A stretch of 64,000 nt of DNA, from the NCBI GenBank assembly GCA_003142595.1, contig PLMU01000006.1:282325-346324 (forward strand), given 5' to 3'. Source of the DNA: Phycisphaerales bacterium (lineage in GTDB: Bacteria; Planctomycetota; Phycisphaerae; Sedimentisphaerales; UBA12454). Below, piece by piece: positions 33,926 through 42,874 of the stretch. Position numbers and translations under genes: made by a program. Position 1 is the stretch's first letter. Each line of letters begins with the position of its first letter. The notes under the pieces were generated by a model. It did not search any database. It was not told the origin of the DNA and saw nothing but the letters and a program-made list of their open reading frames with translations.

Positions 33926-33991
33926 GCAGTTTCGGCCCAAGCGGAGGCGTACTATTGTACGTCGAGCATTGGGCGAGACTGCGTAACGCAG
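33926..33991. other. Compound hairpin with an overlapping alternative hairpin, downstream of the NtrC-like gene
   Basis: gcagtttcg(g)cccaa (33926-33940) pairs with ttgggcgagactgc (33969-33982). An inner cgtac-tatt-gtacg stem lies within. ctgcg-taa-cgcag (33979-33991) overlaps the right arm. No U-run follows on either strand. Confidence 0.4.
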
Positions 33992-34010
33992 TAATTGGAG
34001 CAAAGAACCG

Positions 34011-35354
34011 CTACTGAATATTGTACTCCTTTATCTTCCTATAAAGGGTTCTTTCGCCAATACCCAGCAGCTTTGCGGCTTTTTCGCGGTTGTTCTGCAC
34101 TTTGGCAAGCGTATCGATAATCGCCTGTTTCTCAAGGTCGTTAAGCGAAACTTTGCCCGTTACCTGCCCTGCCAGTTGTCTTGTCCGGTTAATTTCAGCA
34201 GGTATATCCTTTACATCGAGAGTTTCCGAATCGCTCATAACCGCCATTGTCCTGATACAATTCCTCAGTTGCCTTATATTGCCCGGCCAATTGAAAGACT
34301 TGAGAATATTTAAAGCATTATCGGAAATGCCCTTTTTAGGTTTGCCTAATTCAACAGCAGCCTGCGCCAGAAAATAATCGACAAGCTGTTTTATATCTTC
34401 TGTCCTGTCTCTCAGCGTCGGAACGGTTACGCTGACGCCCTTGATTCTAAAATAAAGGTCCTGCCTGAATTTGCCCTGTTCGACTAAATTCGTCAGGTCG
34501 TGATTCGTTGCGCTGATAACGCGGACATCGACAACCGTGGATTTATTCGAGCCGACCGGCACAACGATACCGTCCTCGAGCACCCGCAGTAATTTGGCCT
34601 GCATCGTAAGCGGCATATCGCCTATTTCGTCAAGAAAGAGCGTCCCTTTATCGGCAACTTCAAACAATCCTTTTCGGGCTTCCGTCGCACCTGTAAAAGA
34701 GCCTTTTGCGTGGCCGAAGAGTTCGCTTTCGAGCAGCGATTCTGTAAGGCCGGCGCAATTTAGCGGTTTAAACGCATTATTTTTTCGCGGCGAATTATTA
34801 TGAATGGCTTGAGCCAGCAGTTCTTTTCCCGTGCCGGACTCGCCTTCAATCAGAACGGTTATATTTGTCGGCGCGACCCGTTTCAAAACAGCTATAATCG
34901 ACTGCATCGAAGGGCTTTCGCCGACTACTCCATCGAATTTAAAACCGTTTTTGCGGTTTGCAGAGGCCGAAGCGGCAAGAAATTTTTTCAGCGCTTTTTC
35001 GGTCATCGCGCGAAGCTGGTCAATATCTATTGGCTTGACCAGATAATCGAACGCTCCGCAGCGCATCGCCTCTTTGCAGGTATCTATCGAGGAATAGGCG
35101 GTAATAAGAACAACTTCGCTGTCGGGATTTTGTTCTTTGGCTGTTTTTAAAATATCAATTCCGTTTATTTTATCGTCGTGAAGGTTCAAGTCGGTTATGA
35201 CAACATCGATGCGCTTGCTGGAAAGCAGTTCGATTGCATTTTTGGCGTCATAGACTGCGATTGTTTCGCCGCCTGTCTGCGAAAGCGCCTCTGCCAGCAC
35301 ATCGGCATGGGCCTGCTCATCGTCAATTATCAGTATTGCCGGTTTTTCTGTCAT
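34011..35354 (-). CDS. Sigma-54-dependent response regulator (NtrC family: REC + AAA+ + Fis-type HTH)
   Basis: ATG 35354 (MTEKPAILIIDDEQ) is preferred over the track start at 35417. It lies 1 nt after the kinase stop. The AAA+ domain has GESGTGKE, ESELFGHAKGSFTGA (the GAFTGA-type loop) and DEIGDM. The C-terminal HTH is AAKLLGIGERTLYRKIK. Confidence 0.9.
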   Translation of the reverse strand: MTEKPAILIIDDEQAHADVLAEALSQTGGETIAVYDAKNAIELLSSKRIDVVITDLNLHDDKINGIDILKTAKEQNPDSEVVLITAYSSIDTCKEAMRCGAFDYLVKPIDIDQLRAMTEKALKKFLAASASANRKNGFKFDGVVGESPSMQSIIAVLKRVAPTNITVLIEGESGTGKELLAQAIHNNSPRKNNAFKPLNCAGLTESLLESELFGHAKGSFTGATEARKGLFEVADKGTLFLDEIGDMPLTMQAKLLRVLEDGIVVPVGSNKSTVVDVRVISATNHDLTNLVEQGKFRQDLYFRIKGVSVTVPTLRDRTEDIKQLVDYFLAQAAVELGKPKKGISDNALNILKSFNWPGNIRQLRNCIRTMAVMSDSETLDVKDIPAEINRTRQLAGQVTGKVSLNDLEKQAIIDTLAKVQNNREKAAKLLGIGERTLYRKIKEYNIQ

Positions 35355-35355
35355 A

Positions 35356-36078
35356 TTATTTTTCTTCCAGAGGAAGCTGGATTGTAAATGAACTACCTTT
35401 TTGCGGCACACTGTCAACTTTTATCGTGCCGTTATTGGCTTCGATTATTTTCCTTGAAGTCGAAAGCCCAAGTCCGCTGCCGCTGCTTTTTGTCGAATAA
35501 TAAGCGTCAAAAATCTTATCCAAATTTTCAGGCTCAATCCCTTTGCCGGTATCGCTTACAATAATTACCGCATTATTTTCGTTTTTCATCGTTCTGAGCA
35601 TCAGGTCTCCGCCGTTAGGCATCGCCTGCTGAGCGTTGATAAAAAGATTAAGCAAAACCTGTTTTAGCGAATCGCCGTCCGCTTTGCAAATCAATTGTTC
35701 GCTGCAAAGAGCGGTCCTGAGCGTTATCGAACGGCTGACAGCCTGCGGAGAATAAAAATCCGTCATATCCGATATAAGCTGATTAATATCGACAGAAACA
35801 GGATGCAGTTCGGTCTTGCGGATGTAACGGAGAAAATCTTCGAGTATCTGCTCCAGCCGGTCGGTCTCTTTCTGCACTACCGCAATTTTTCTTGCGGCTC
35901 TTGCGGCGTTGGCATCTTTGGAGTTCAGCTCCTCGCTGATTAATTTGAGATTGACTTTGATAGTCGAAAGCGGATTTTTTATCTCGTGAGCCAGCCCGCC
36001 TGTAAGACGGCTGAGTTCCTCAATCTCCGATACTTTTGAGGACTGCTGCTGCGCGTTTTTTCTGCGGTCTGGCAACAT
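35356..36078 (-). CDS. Soluble histidine kinase consisting only of HisKA + HATPase_c (no sensor domain, no TM)
   Basis: 240 aa. H-box GGLAHEIKNPLSTI, N-box LLNLFINAQQA, G-boxes SDTGKGI and GSGLGLS. Confidence 0.85.
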   Translation of the reverse strand: MLPDRRKNAQQQSSKVSEIEELSRLTGGLAHEIKNPLSTIKVNLKLISEELNSKDANAARAARKIAVVQKETDRLEQILEDFLRYIRKTELHPVSVDINQLISDMTDFYSPQAVSRSITLRTALCSEQLICKADGDSLKQVLLNLFINAQQAMPNGGDLMLRTMKNENNAVIIVSDTGKGIEPENLDKIFDAYYSTKSSGSGLGLSTSRKIIEANNGTIKVDSVPQKGSSFTIQLPLEEK

Positions 36079-36116
36079 ATAGTTTAGAACAAAATGCCGG
36101 CATTGGCCAAAAAACC

Positions 36117-38243
36117 TTATGCTTTAGCTTTACCTTCCGCTTCAGCCTTCATTTGAGCAAGAGCGGCTTTCCTTGAAAGTTTAAACCTGCCCTGGTCATC
36201 GATTAAAAGAAGTTTGACAGGTATTTCATCGCCGATTTTCAGAACGCTATCGACATTTTTGACGTAACCGTCGGCAACTTCGCTTATATGGCAAAGACCT
36301 TCAACGCCAGGTATAATCTCAACAAACGCTCCGAAGTCCTTAATGGAAACAACTTTTGCGTTCGGATAAATACGTCCGACAGTCGGAGGTTCGGTCATCG
36401 CCTGGATAAGTCTCTTTGCTTCCAGGTGGCCGTCGCCGCCAACACAGCTTATGAAAACCGTGCCGTCCTCTTCGATTTCTATCTTTGTACCGGTCTTTTC
36501 CTGAAGGGCTTTTATGTTTTTTCCGCCCGGACCGATTAACTTGCCGATAAACTCAGGGTCGATTTCAATGCTCGTAAGTTTCGGAGCATATACGCTCAAC
36601 TGCTCTCTCGGCTTGCTGATAGTCTGCTCCATAATAGCCAGCAGTTTAAGGCGCGCCTGTTTTGCCATTTCGAGTGATTCGACCATAATATCATACGACA
36701 AAGACGGTGCCTTTATGTCCAGCTGGATAGCGGTGATACCATTTTTTGTGCCGGCGACCTTAAAATCCATATCGCCAAAATGATCTTCGTCGCCGATTAT
36801 ATCCGCAAACAGAACATATTTATCCTGCTCTTTTACCAGCCCAACAGATATGCCCGCGACAGGCTCCAGAAGAGGAACGCCCGCATCCATAAGAGCCAGT
36901 GTTCCGCCGCATACAGATGCCATAGAGCTTGAGCCGTTCGATTCGGTAATATCTGAAACAATCTTTATCGTATAAGCGAAATCGTCAATGCTCGGCCTGA
37001 CCTGTTCAAGTGCTTTTTCAGCCAGTGCACCGTGACCGATTTCACGGCGGCCCGGACCGCGCATCGGCTTGACTTCGCCGACACTATACGGCGGGAAGTT
37101 ATAATGCAGCATAAACTTCTGGCCATACTCCGGTATAAGACCATCAATAATCTGCTCGTCGCTGCTTGTTCCAAGCGTAACCGCGACAAGTGCCTGCGTT
37201 TCGCCCCTTGTAAACAATGCCGAGCCGTGAGCACGCGGCAACAAACCTACTTCGCAGGTTATTGGCCTTATATCGGTAAAAGAGCGTCCGTCAGGTCTTT
37301 TGCCTTTGAGTATCATATCTCTTACAACCGCTCTCTGCACATTATCTATTATTCTGCTGAGCAGTTTTTCTGAGCAGCGGGCTTCTTCCGGCTTTAATTC
37401 CGGACAGTATATTTCTTCGATTCCCGTAACAACATCCTTGACGGTATTGTTTCTTTCGCTTTTCAATTTAATTGCAAAGGCTTTCCTGAAATCATCGGAA
37501 TATTTTTTGCTTATTTCATCGGCAATGGCCTGGTCCCATTCAATTTCCGGCACTTGTTTTTTCTTGCCGCATTTTGCGACCAATTCGTCAATCAAATCGC
37601 AAACATCTTTTATTGACTGCTGAGCAGTCTTAATTGCCTGTGCCGCGACATCTTCAGGAATCTGTTTCGCATCGACTTCAATCATATTTATCGCATCTCG
37701 TCCGCCTGTCAGTATGAGATTGAAATCGCTTTTTTCCCGCTGCTCATAAGTCGGATTGATAATGAATTGTCCCTCGACTCTGCTTAATCTTACTGCCCCG
37801 ACAGGACCGTTGAACGGTATCGTACTTATCGCAAGAGCGGCACTGGAGCCTACCATCGCAAGAATATCAGGGTCATTTTCCGGGTCGGCACTGAGTACAT
37901 TAGCAACAATCTGAACCTCGTCAATATAACCATCCGGGAAAACCGGCCGCAGAGGCCTGTCAATCATTCTCGATGTCAGGACTTCTTTTGTAGTTGGTCT
38001 GCCTTCCCTTTTCATAAACCCGCCGGGGAACTTTCCGGCTGCGCTTAATTTCTCTCTGTATTCAACACTGAGCGGAAAATAGTCAAGTTCTTTTCGTGCA
38101 GGCGCTGAAACCGCCGTTGCCAGAACCATTGTATCGCCATAACTTACAACAACTGCTCCATCTGCCTGTTTGGCAATCTTTCCTGTTTCCAGAATAAATT
38201 TTTTCGCACCAATCTGCTTTTCTACTCTAACAACATCTGCCAT
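36117..38243 (-). CDS. pnp: Polyribonucleotide nucleotidyltransferase (PNPase)
   Basis: ATG 38243 (MADVVRVEKQIG..) is preferred over the track start at 38315. It has two RNase PH-like domains, a KH domain (GPGGKNIKALQEKTG) and an S1 domain (GAFVEIIPGVEGLCHISE). It sits downstream of rpsO. Confidence 0.95.
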   Translation of the reverse strand: MADVVRVEKQIGAKKFILETGKIAKQADGAVVVSYGDTMVLATAVSAPARKELDYFPLSVEYREKLSAAGKFPGGFMKREGRPTTKEVLTSRMIDRPLRPVFPDGYIDEVQIVANVLSADPENDPDILAMVGSSAALAISTIPFNGPVGAVRLSRVEGQFIINPTYEQREKSDFNLILTGGRDAINMIEVDAKQIPEDVAAQAIKTAQQSIKDVCDLIDELVAKCGKKKQVPEIEWDQAIADEISKKYSDDFRKAFAIKLKSERNNTVKDVVTGIEEIYCPELKPEEARCSEKLLSRIIDNVQRAVVRDMILKGKRPDGRSFTDIRPITCEVGLLPRAHGSALFTRGETQALVAVTLGTSSDEQIIDGLIPEYGQKFMLHYNFPPYSVGEVKPMRGPGRREIGHGALAEKALEQVRPSIDDFAYTIKIVSDITESNGSSSMASVCGGTLALMDAGVPLLEPVAGISVGLVKEQDKYVLFADIIGDEDHFGDMDFKVAGTKNGITAIQLDIKAPSLSYDIMVESLEMAKQARLKLLAIMEQTISKPREQLSVYAPKLTSIEIDPEFIGKLIGPGGKNIKALQEKTGTKIEIEEDGTVFISCVGGDGHLEAKRLIQAMTEPPTVGRIYPNAKVVSIKDFGAFVEIIPGVEGLCHISEVADGYVKNVDSVLKIGDEIPVKLLLIDDQGRFKLSRKAALAQMKAEAEGKAKA

Positions 38244-38332
38244 AAATACCTCACGAAGCACGAACGCTTCAAATAAAAATAATAGATTAAAAATACCCGC
38301 AACCGTAATAGTCATACGGACCGGATATTTTT

Positions 38333-38599
38333 TTATTTGCGGAGCCCAAGACGATTAATAATATCTTTGTATTTCTTTATGTCTTTTCTACTGATGTACT
38401 TTAGCAGCGATGTTCTGGTGCCGACCATTTTCAGCAAGCCTCTTCTCGATGAATGGTCCTTGGGATGGGTCTTGAAGTGATCAGTAAGATCGTTAATTCT
38501 CGTGGTAAGAATCGCGATTTGTACTTCTGCCGAACCGGTGTCCTTTTCCGATGCCCTGAATTCCTTTATTACGCTTCCTTTTTTTTCCTTCGTCAACAT
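38333..38599 (-). CDS. rpsO: 30S ribosomal protein S15
   Basis: 88 aa. [39 protein letters not shown] is a classic S15 sequence. Confidence 0.95.
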   Translation of the reverse strand: MLTKEKKGSVIKEFRASEKDTGSAEVQIAILTTRINDLTDHFKTHPKDHSSRRGLLKMVGTRTSLLKYISRKDIKKYKDIINRLGLRK

Positions 38600-38863
38600 C
38601 TTAAATTACTGCCTTTCAATATCTTTCTTTCATCTTTACTTTCTTTACACCATTACTCCCAAATCTGCTGGATTTAGCGATTATAACAGCTAAAGCATTG
38701 AATGCAATAGTTTTGCATAAGATTGCGGCAGATATTTTCGTTTTGAATTGTCTCCTTTTTGTATGTCTTTACGCCAAAGGAGGTTAACTGCTTTAATGTG
38801 CTGTTATTGTGGAGATTCTGAATATCAGCAATAGAAGCGCAATTGCCTTCTGCTGGTTTATTT

Positions 38864-40456
38864 TTATCTCAAAAGCGCTCCTACCGCTACTGTGCCGTAG
38901 TCGTTGAAATTATCGGAATACAACTCATCCGATCTGCCGTTTTGCATTATATCCCACAGCTTATTGATGTCGCTGTTGAGAAAAATCGAACCGATTTCCG
39001 GGTCGAATTGCTCTCCTAATCCTCTTTGAATTTCGCTTATTGCCTCTTCGACGCTCAGGGCCTCTCTGTAAGTTCTTTTGGAAGTCATAGCGTCAAAAGT
39101 ATCGGCAATCATTACTATTTTCCCGGAAACAGGTATCAAATCGCCGCTCAAGCCTTTCGGGTATCCTTTGCCGTCATATCTTTCATGATGATAAAGAACA
39201 GCCGGCACAATATCGGTCATTTGACTAATCTCCGACAGGATGCCCGCTCCTATCGAAGGATGGGTCTTTATCAGGTCGTATTCTTCGTCCGTCAGCTTGC
39301 CCTGCTTTCCCAGCACCGTTTCCGGTATGCCGATTTTACCGATATCGTGCAGAAGACCCGCAAGATATATCTTTTGTATATCTTCCGAAGACATTTTATT
39401 TGTCTGGGCATATCGTTCCGCAATCCATTTGGATATGAAAGCCACACGTTCGGAATGGCCTCTGGTGTATTGGTCTTTTGCATCGATGCTGCTTGTCAGG
39501 GCTTTCAATGCTCCGATAAACAATTCCTTCAGCTCTTTGAAGAGGCTTTGGTTCTCGATAAAAACCGCACATTCCGTGGCTACGGAACTGAAAAGTTTTA
39601 CATCGATACTGTCAAAATCAGCCTTATCGAGCCGATTGGTGGCTACCATCATACCGATAATTTTATCTTTACCATTCAGCGGAACCGCAATGATATTTCT
39701 CACTCTGCCGAACCATTCGTATTTAAATGGTGCATCGACTTCGCTGTCGAGCAGCGCGTCAGCGCCTGTCTCAAGCTCGGAATGAAGTCTTTCAAAAAGA
39801 ACTTCATGCATATTTCCATTTTTTTGGTCTATCGCGATAAGACCCGCCCCGGCAGCGAGAACAAGTTTCTTCGAATTATTAATTTTTTTTTCAAGAAATA
39901 TTGCGATTCCTTCGACATTGACTAATTCCGTCAGGTTGTCGCAGGCCATCTGCAGGTAATTCGAATCTGTCTGGCTTACTTTCATATTGGTGCTCATCTT
40001 GTAAAGCAGCATAAGTTCTTCGTATGTCTGCGCAAGTTCGTTGCTGATGAGTTCCATTTGCTGTGAATTCTTCTGCTCGCTTTTAAAAATATTAAGAAAC
40101 ATTTTCAGTATTTGCCTGACATAAGCTATAGTCTCCTGCCGAACTTCCGAATCCATACCACAGTCAACAACAATAGCTGCCGTCTTCCTGTCCCCTGCCG
40201 ATATATTACATGCGAGTATCAGGTTGGATTTGCCGAAACTTTGTATTGTGCCCGGCTCCAGTTCGAACACCTGTTCTGCACAGGACGATGTAATTTCATA
40301 GTCGCTGATAAATTTTTCGCTGTTGAAATTAATGAGTATGTTAAGTTCTGTGTCATAAACTATGAAATTCACACCAAGCTCGGCCAATTCCCTGCCGAAG
40401 TTTTTAAGCTGCTTCAGTTGGCCGGAACTTAAACGATTTTGTGTTGTCTTCAACAT
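38864..40456 (-). CDS. GAF-containing HD-GYP domain protein (probable c-di-GMP phosphodiesterase)
   Basis: 530 aa. HD-GYP core GHSERV...LLHDIGKIGIPETVL...HHERYDGKGYPKGL. A GAF-like region lies in the middle. Confidence 0.85.
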   Translation of the reverse strand: MLKTTQNRLSSGQLKQLKNFGRELAELGVNFIVYDTELNILINFNSEKFISDYEITSSCAEQVFELEPGTIQSFGKSNLILACNISAGDRKTAAIVVDCGMDSEVRQETIAYVRQILKMFLNIFKSEQKNSQQMELISNELAQTYEELMLLYKMSTNMKVSQTDSNYLQMACDNLTELVNVEGIAIFLEKKINNSKKLVLAAGAGLIAIDQKNGNMHEVLFERLHSELETGADALLDSEVDAPFKYEWFGRVRNIIAVPLNGKDKIIGMMVATNRLDKADFDSIDVKLFSSVATECAVFIENQSLFKELKELFIGALKALTSSIDAKDQYTRGHSERVAFISKWIAERYAQTNKMSSEDIQKIYLAGLLHDIGKIGIPETVLGKQGKLTDEEYDLIKTHPSIGAGILSEISQMTDIVPAVLYHHERYDGKGYPKGLSGDLIPVSGKIVMIADTFDAMTSKRTYREALSVEEAISEIQRGLGEQFDPEIGSIFLNSDINKLWDIMQNGRSDELYSDNFNDYGTVAVGALLR

Positions 40457-40475
40457 TGGAGTTTACCCTTGTCTT

Positions 40476-40859
40476 TTACTTTAAAGTCGAATTCGTTAAA
40501 GCACTCTCTACGTGCATTAAAAGCTCTTTCGGACTGAAAGGCTTACTCAGACATTCTGTGATGCCCAGCTTGCTTATCTGCTCTTCTTCTATTGCGAATC
40601 CTCTTGCGGTCAGTATTATCACCGGAATATCCGCGAACTGGGGTTTTTGCCGAAGTTTTTCAATTAATTCAATTCCCGTCATTCCCGGCATCTGGTCATC
40701 GGTAACAATGATATCGGGTTTTTCTTCGCAGCAAAGTTCGTATGCCTCTGTTCCGTTTTCCGCGGTTACGACATCAAAACCGTTATTTCTAAACTTCATT
40801 GCTACCACCTGGACAATATGTATTTCATCGTCAGCAACAAGTATCTTTTTATTTCCCAT
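40476..40859 (-). CDS. Single-domain CheY-like response regulator
   Basis: 127 aa. ILVADDE, phospho-acceptor context DIIVTDDQMPGMTG, and LSKPF. Confidence 0.85.
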   Translation of the reverse strand: MGNKKILVADDEIHIVQVVAMKFRNNGFDVVTAENGTEAYELCCEEKPDIIVTDDQMPGMTGIELIEKLRQKPQFADIPVIILTARGFAIEEEQISKLGITECLSKPFSPKELLMHVESALTNSTLK

Positions 40860-41341
40860 ATTTATCGCCCTTAAAAATCAGTTAATGGCAGCCGTTTTTT
40901 TTCGCCGCCTGCAGCGGCAGCCCGAAACTAAAACTGCTTCCTTTTCCAATTTCTGCCTTTAAATGCAGAATATCTGCACTCTTACAATATCTTTTCGTCC
41001 TGTTGTGACTTGGGCTTAACCCTCTAAAAATGCGGATTTTTATTACTGGGATATATTATTGGAATTTTTTATCGGCCCTTAGTTTTTGTGGAAATTTTTT
41101 CTCTTCTGTCTGGGCGGTTTGAGTGTGTTTGACTGTTTGTTTACTGTTGAAAAATCGTCGTTGCCTGTAAAGTCGTTAAAGACTGCAGCAGATTTTTTTA
41201 TGGAATTCTACTTTGCTGATTAATTAATAACCGGTTTTGGGTAATTTTCTCTTAATGCCCGATAACATATTGATTTTACAAAAGACACAACCCCAAAAAA
41301 ACTTTGGTTTTATCTCTCCGGCAACAAAACATCAACGAGAT

Positions 41342-41776
41342 TTATCCGCCGCAGGCCACGGCTCGCGGGATCCGTAAAAGAAGGATTACGATCAGGACTG
41401 TCTGGGCAAAACCTTCTGCTAAATCACCGAAGACAACCCAGAAAAAGCCGGTTCGATGGTCCGGCGGGACTGTAGAGAACAGGACAATTAATCCGGCCAG
41501 AGCAACGATTAAAATTACAGCACTCATCAGCCAAATCAGGGGTCGGTAATGTTTTATATCGGAAGCGAAGACAAAACACTGCATTCCTATAAGGAAATAC
41601 ATCGCCATCAGCACTCGCGCCAAATAATTTATCAGAATTCCTGCCGAGGTTCCCGGCTCAGCCTTATTGACAAGGTAGGCAAGCCATGCCTGAGGCATCA
41701 CTGCCGCAATGAAAGTTGGTATTGTCATAATGCCGATAAAACGCAGCAGCCATTTTAATCCTCTTTCTGCCGTCAT
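41342..41776 (-). CDS. Hypothetical 4-TM membrane protein
   Basis: 144-aa ORF with four hydrophobic segments. I recognise no family. Confidence 0.5.
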   Translation of the reverse strand: MTAERGLKWLLRFIGIMTIPTFIAAVMPQAWLAYLVNKAEPGTSAGILINYLARVLMAMYFLIGMQCFVFASDIKHYRPLIWLMSAVILIVALAGLIVLFSTVPPDHRTGFFWVVFGDLAEGFAQTVLIVILLLRIPRAVACGG

Positions 41777-41894
41777 AATACCTCATTTCTGCAGGGAATA
41801 AATAGGGGACGTTTACCTATATTTTTTTTAAAAATCACACGTCAGCGGCCTGGCTCGTCGAAGTCTGTCTAAACCGATAACTGATAACTAATAA

Positions 41895-42392
41895 CTATTT
41901 AGCAGGAAGTGTCAACTTGGAACCGACAACAAGATTACTCTTAGCAGTAAGTTTGGGATTCAGTTTGAGTATATCGTTGACGCGGTTGCCGTTGCCGAGC
42001 TGGCTTTTAGCGATGCTCCAGAGGCTGTCCCCGCTTTTTATGGTGTATTGTTTTGTATCTCCCGGTATGGAGTTGTCGGCTGGCGCAGCGGCAGTCGTTG
42101 CCTTTCCTGCTGGAGTGGCTGGTGCGTTTGCTGCTGTTTGCTCTGAGGCAGGGGCCGGGTTTTTAAGCGATTGAACTTCCATTTTAGCCATTTGCAATTC
42201 GCCGCTTAAGCGATCTACAGTATTGTTGCAATTATTAATTCTTTCCTGTGACGCCGCCTCTGACTGCTGCATTTTTTTTTGCATATTGTCAATTGCTGCC
42301 TTGCTCTTTGCATTTGTTATTAATACCCCGACTCCTAATCCTGCTCCGATTCCGACTATTACGATGATGATAACCAGTACGACTTTTTTCAT
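41895..42392 (-). CDS. Membrane-anchored LysM-domain protein
   Basis: 165 aa. N-terminal TM (VVLVIIIVIVGIGAGLGVGVLI), a coiled-coil-like segment, then an Ala/Pro linker. The C-terminal LysM domain is YTIKSGDSLWSIAKSQLGNGNRVNDILKLNP...GSKLTLP. Confidence 0.8.
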   Translation of the reverse strand: MKKVVLVIIIVIVGIGAGLGVGVLITNAKSKAAIDNMQKKMQQSEAASQERINNCNNTVDRLSGELQMAKMEVQSLKNPAPASEQTAANAPATPAGKATTAAAPADNSIPGDTKQYTIKSGDSLWSIAKSQLGNGNRVNDILKLNPKLTAKSNLVVGSKLTLPAK

Positions 42393-42610
42393 TTTTAGCT
42401 TCTTTCAAAAATCCTTTTTAAATTCTTTGCCGGATTATATCCGGCATTTCACATATGGTCATATAGAATATCAATCCTATCTAAAATATCAAATGAATAA
42501 ATCGGGGACGTTTGCTCTCGCACAAGCGAGGGATCGAAGTTTTTGATTACTCGTTGTGATTTGTACTTTGGGTATTGGTAATTCCCCGATTTGGCTTAAA
42601 AAGCCAAAAA

Positions 42611-42685
42611 TCGGGGTGATAGGATTCGAACCTACGGCCTCCTGGTCCCAAACCAGGCGCTCTAGCCAAACTGAGCTACACCCCG
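42611..42685 (-). tRNA. tRNA-Pro (anticodon UGG)
   Basis: Manual fold of the reverse complement: acceptor CGGGGTG/CACCCCG, D-arm GCTC..GAGC, anticodon stem CCTGG/CCAGG with loop TT-TGG-GA. The T-arm has GTTCGAATC and the discriminator is A. No CCA is encoded. The 69-aa track ORF over it is spurious. Confidence 0.9.
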
Positions 42686-42874
42686 AACAAATATACACTT
42701 ACGGAGTACTGTAAATAGTTCGTTTTTTTCTGCCTTTGACTGGCGGACAGTAACTATCCCATTTATACTACTACACTTGCGGCGTATTTGCAAGAAGAAG
42801 ATTCGTTATTTACAGGTGATTTTAAGCCGATATAATATAACTTTCAAACATTATTTGATTTAAGGCGGGAAAAA

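Noticed and set aside
36094-36110. Sigma-54 promoter-like TGGCCA-N-GCAT upstream of the histidine kinase gene (minus strand), and a similar TGGTC..GAGCA upstream of the TerB-like gene near 33350-33370
   Set aside because: In both cases the GG-to-GC spacing is off by one relative to TGGCAC-N5-TTGC. The first also lies only about 20 nt from the start codon.
38244-38332. Hairpins in the rpsO-pnp spacer (ccgta-N7-tacgg; gaagc-N6-gcttc) as a possible RNase III/PNPase autoregulatory leader
   Set aside because: The stems are only 5 bp and the analogy to the E. coli pnp leader is purely positional. This is not enough to call a feature.
42489-42698. 69-aa minus-strand ORF
   Set aside because: It is entirely explained by the tRNA-Pro gene and its flanks.
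42700-42874. glmS ribozyme or other riboswitch upstream of glmS
   Set aside because: I could not recognise the conserved glmS ribozyme core elements in the 175-nt leader. That element is also mainly a Gram-positive feature. A covariance-model scan (Rfam) would settle it.
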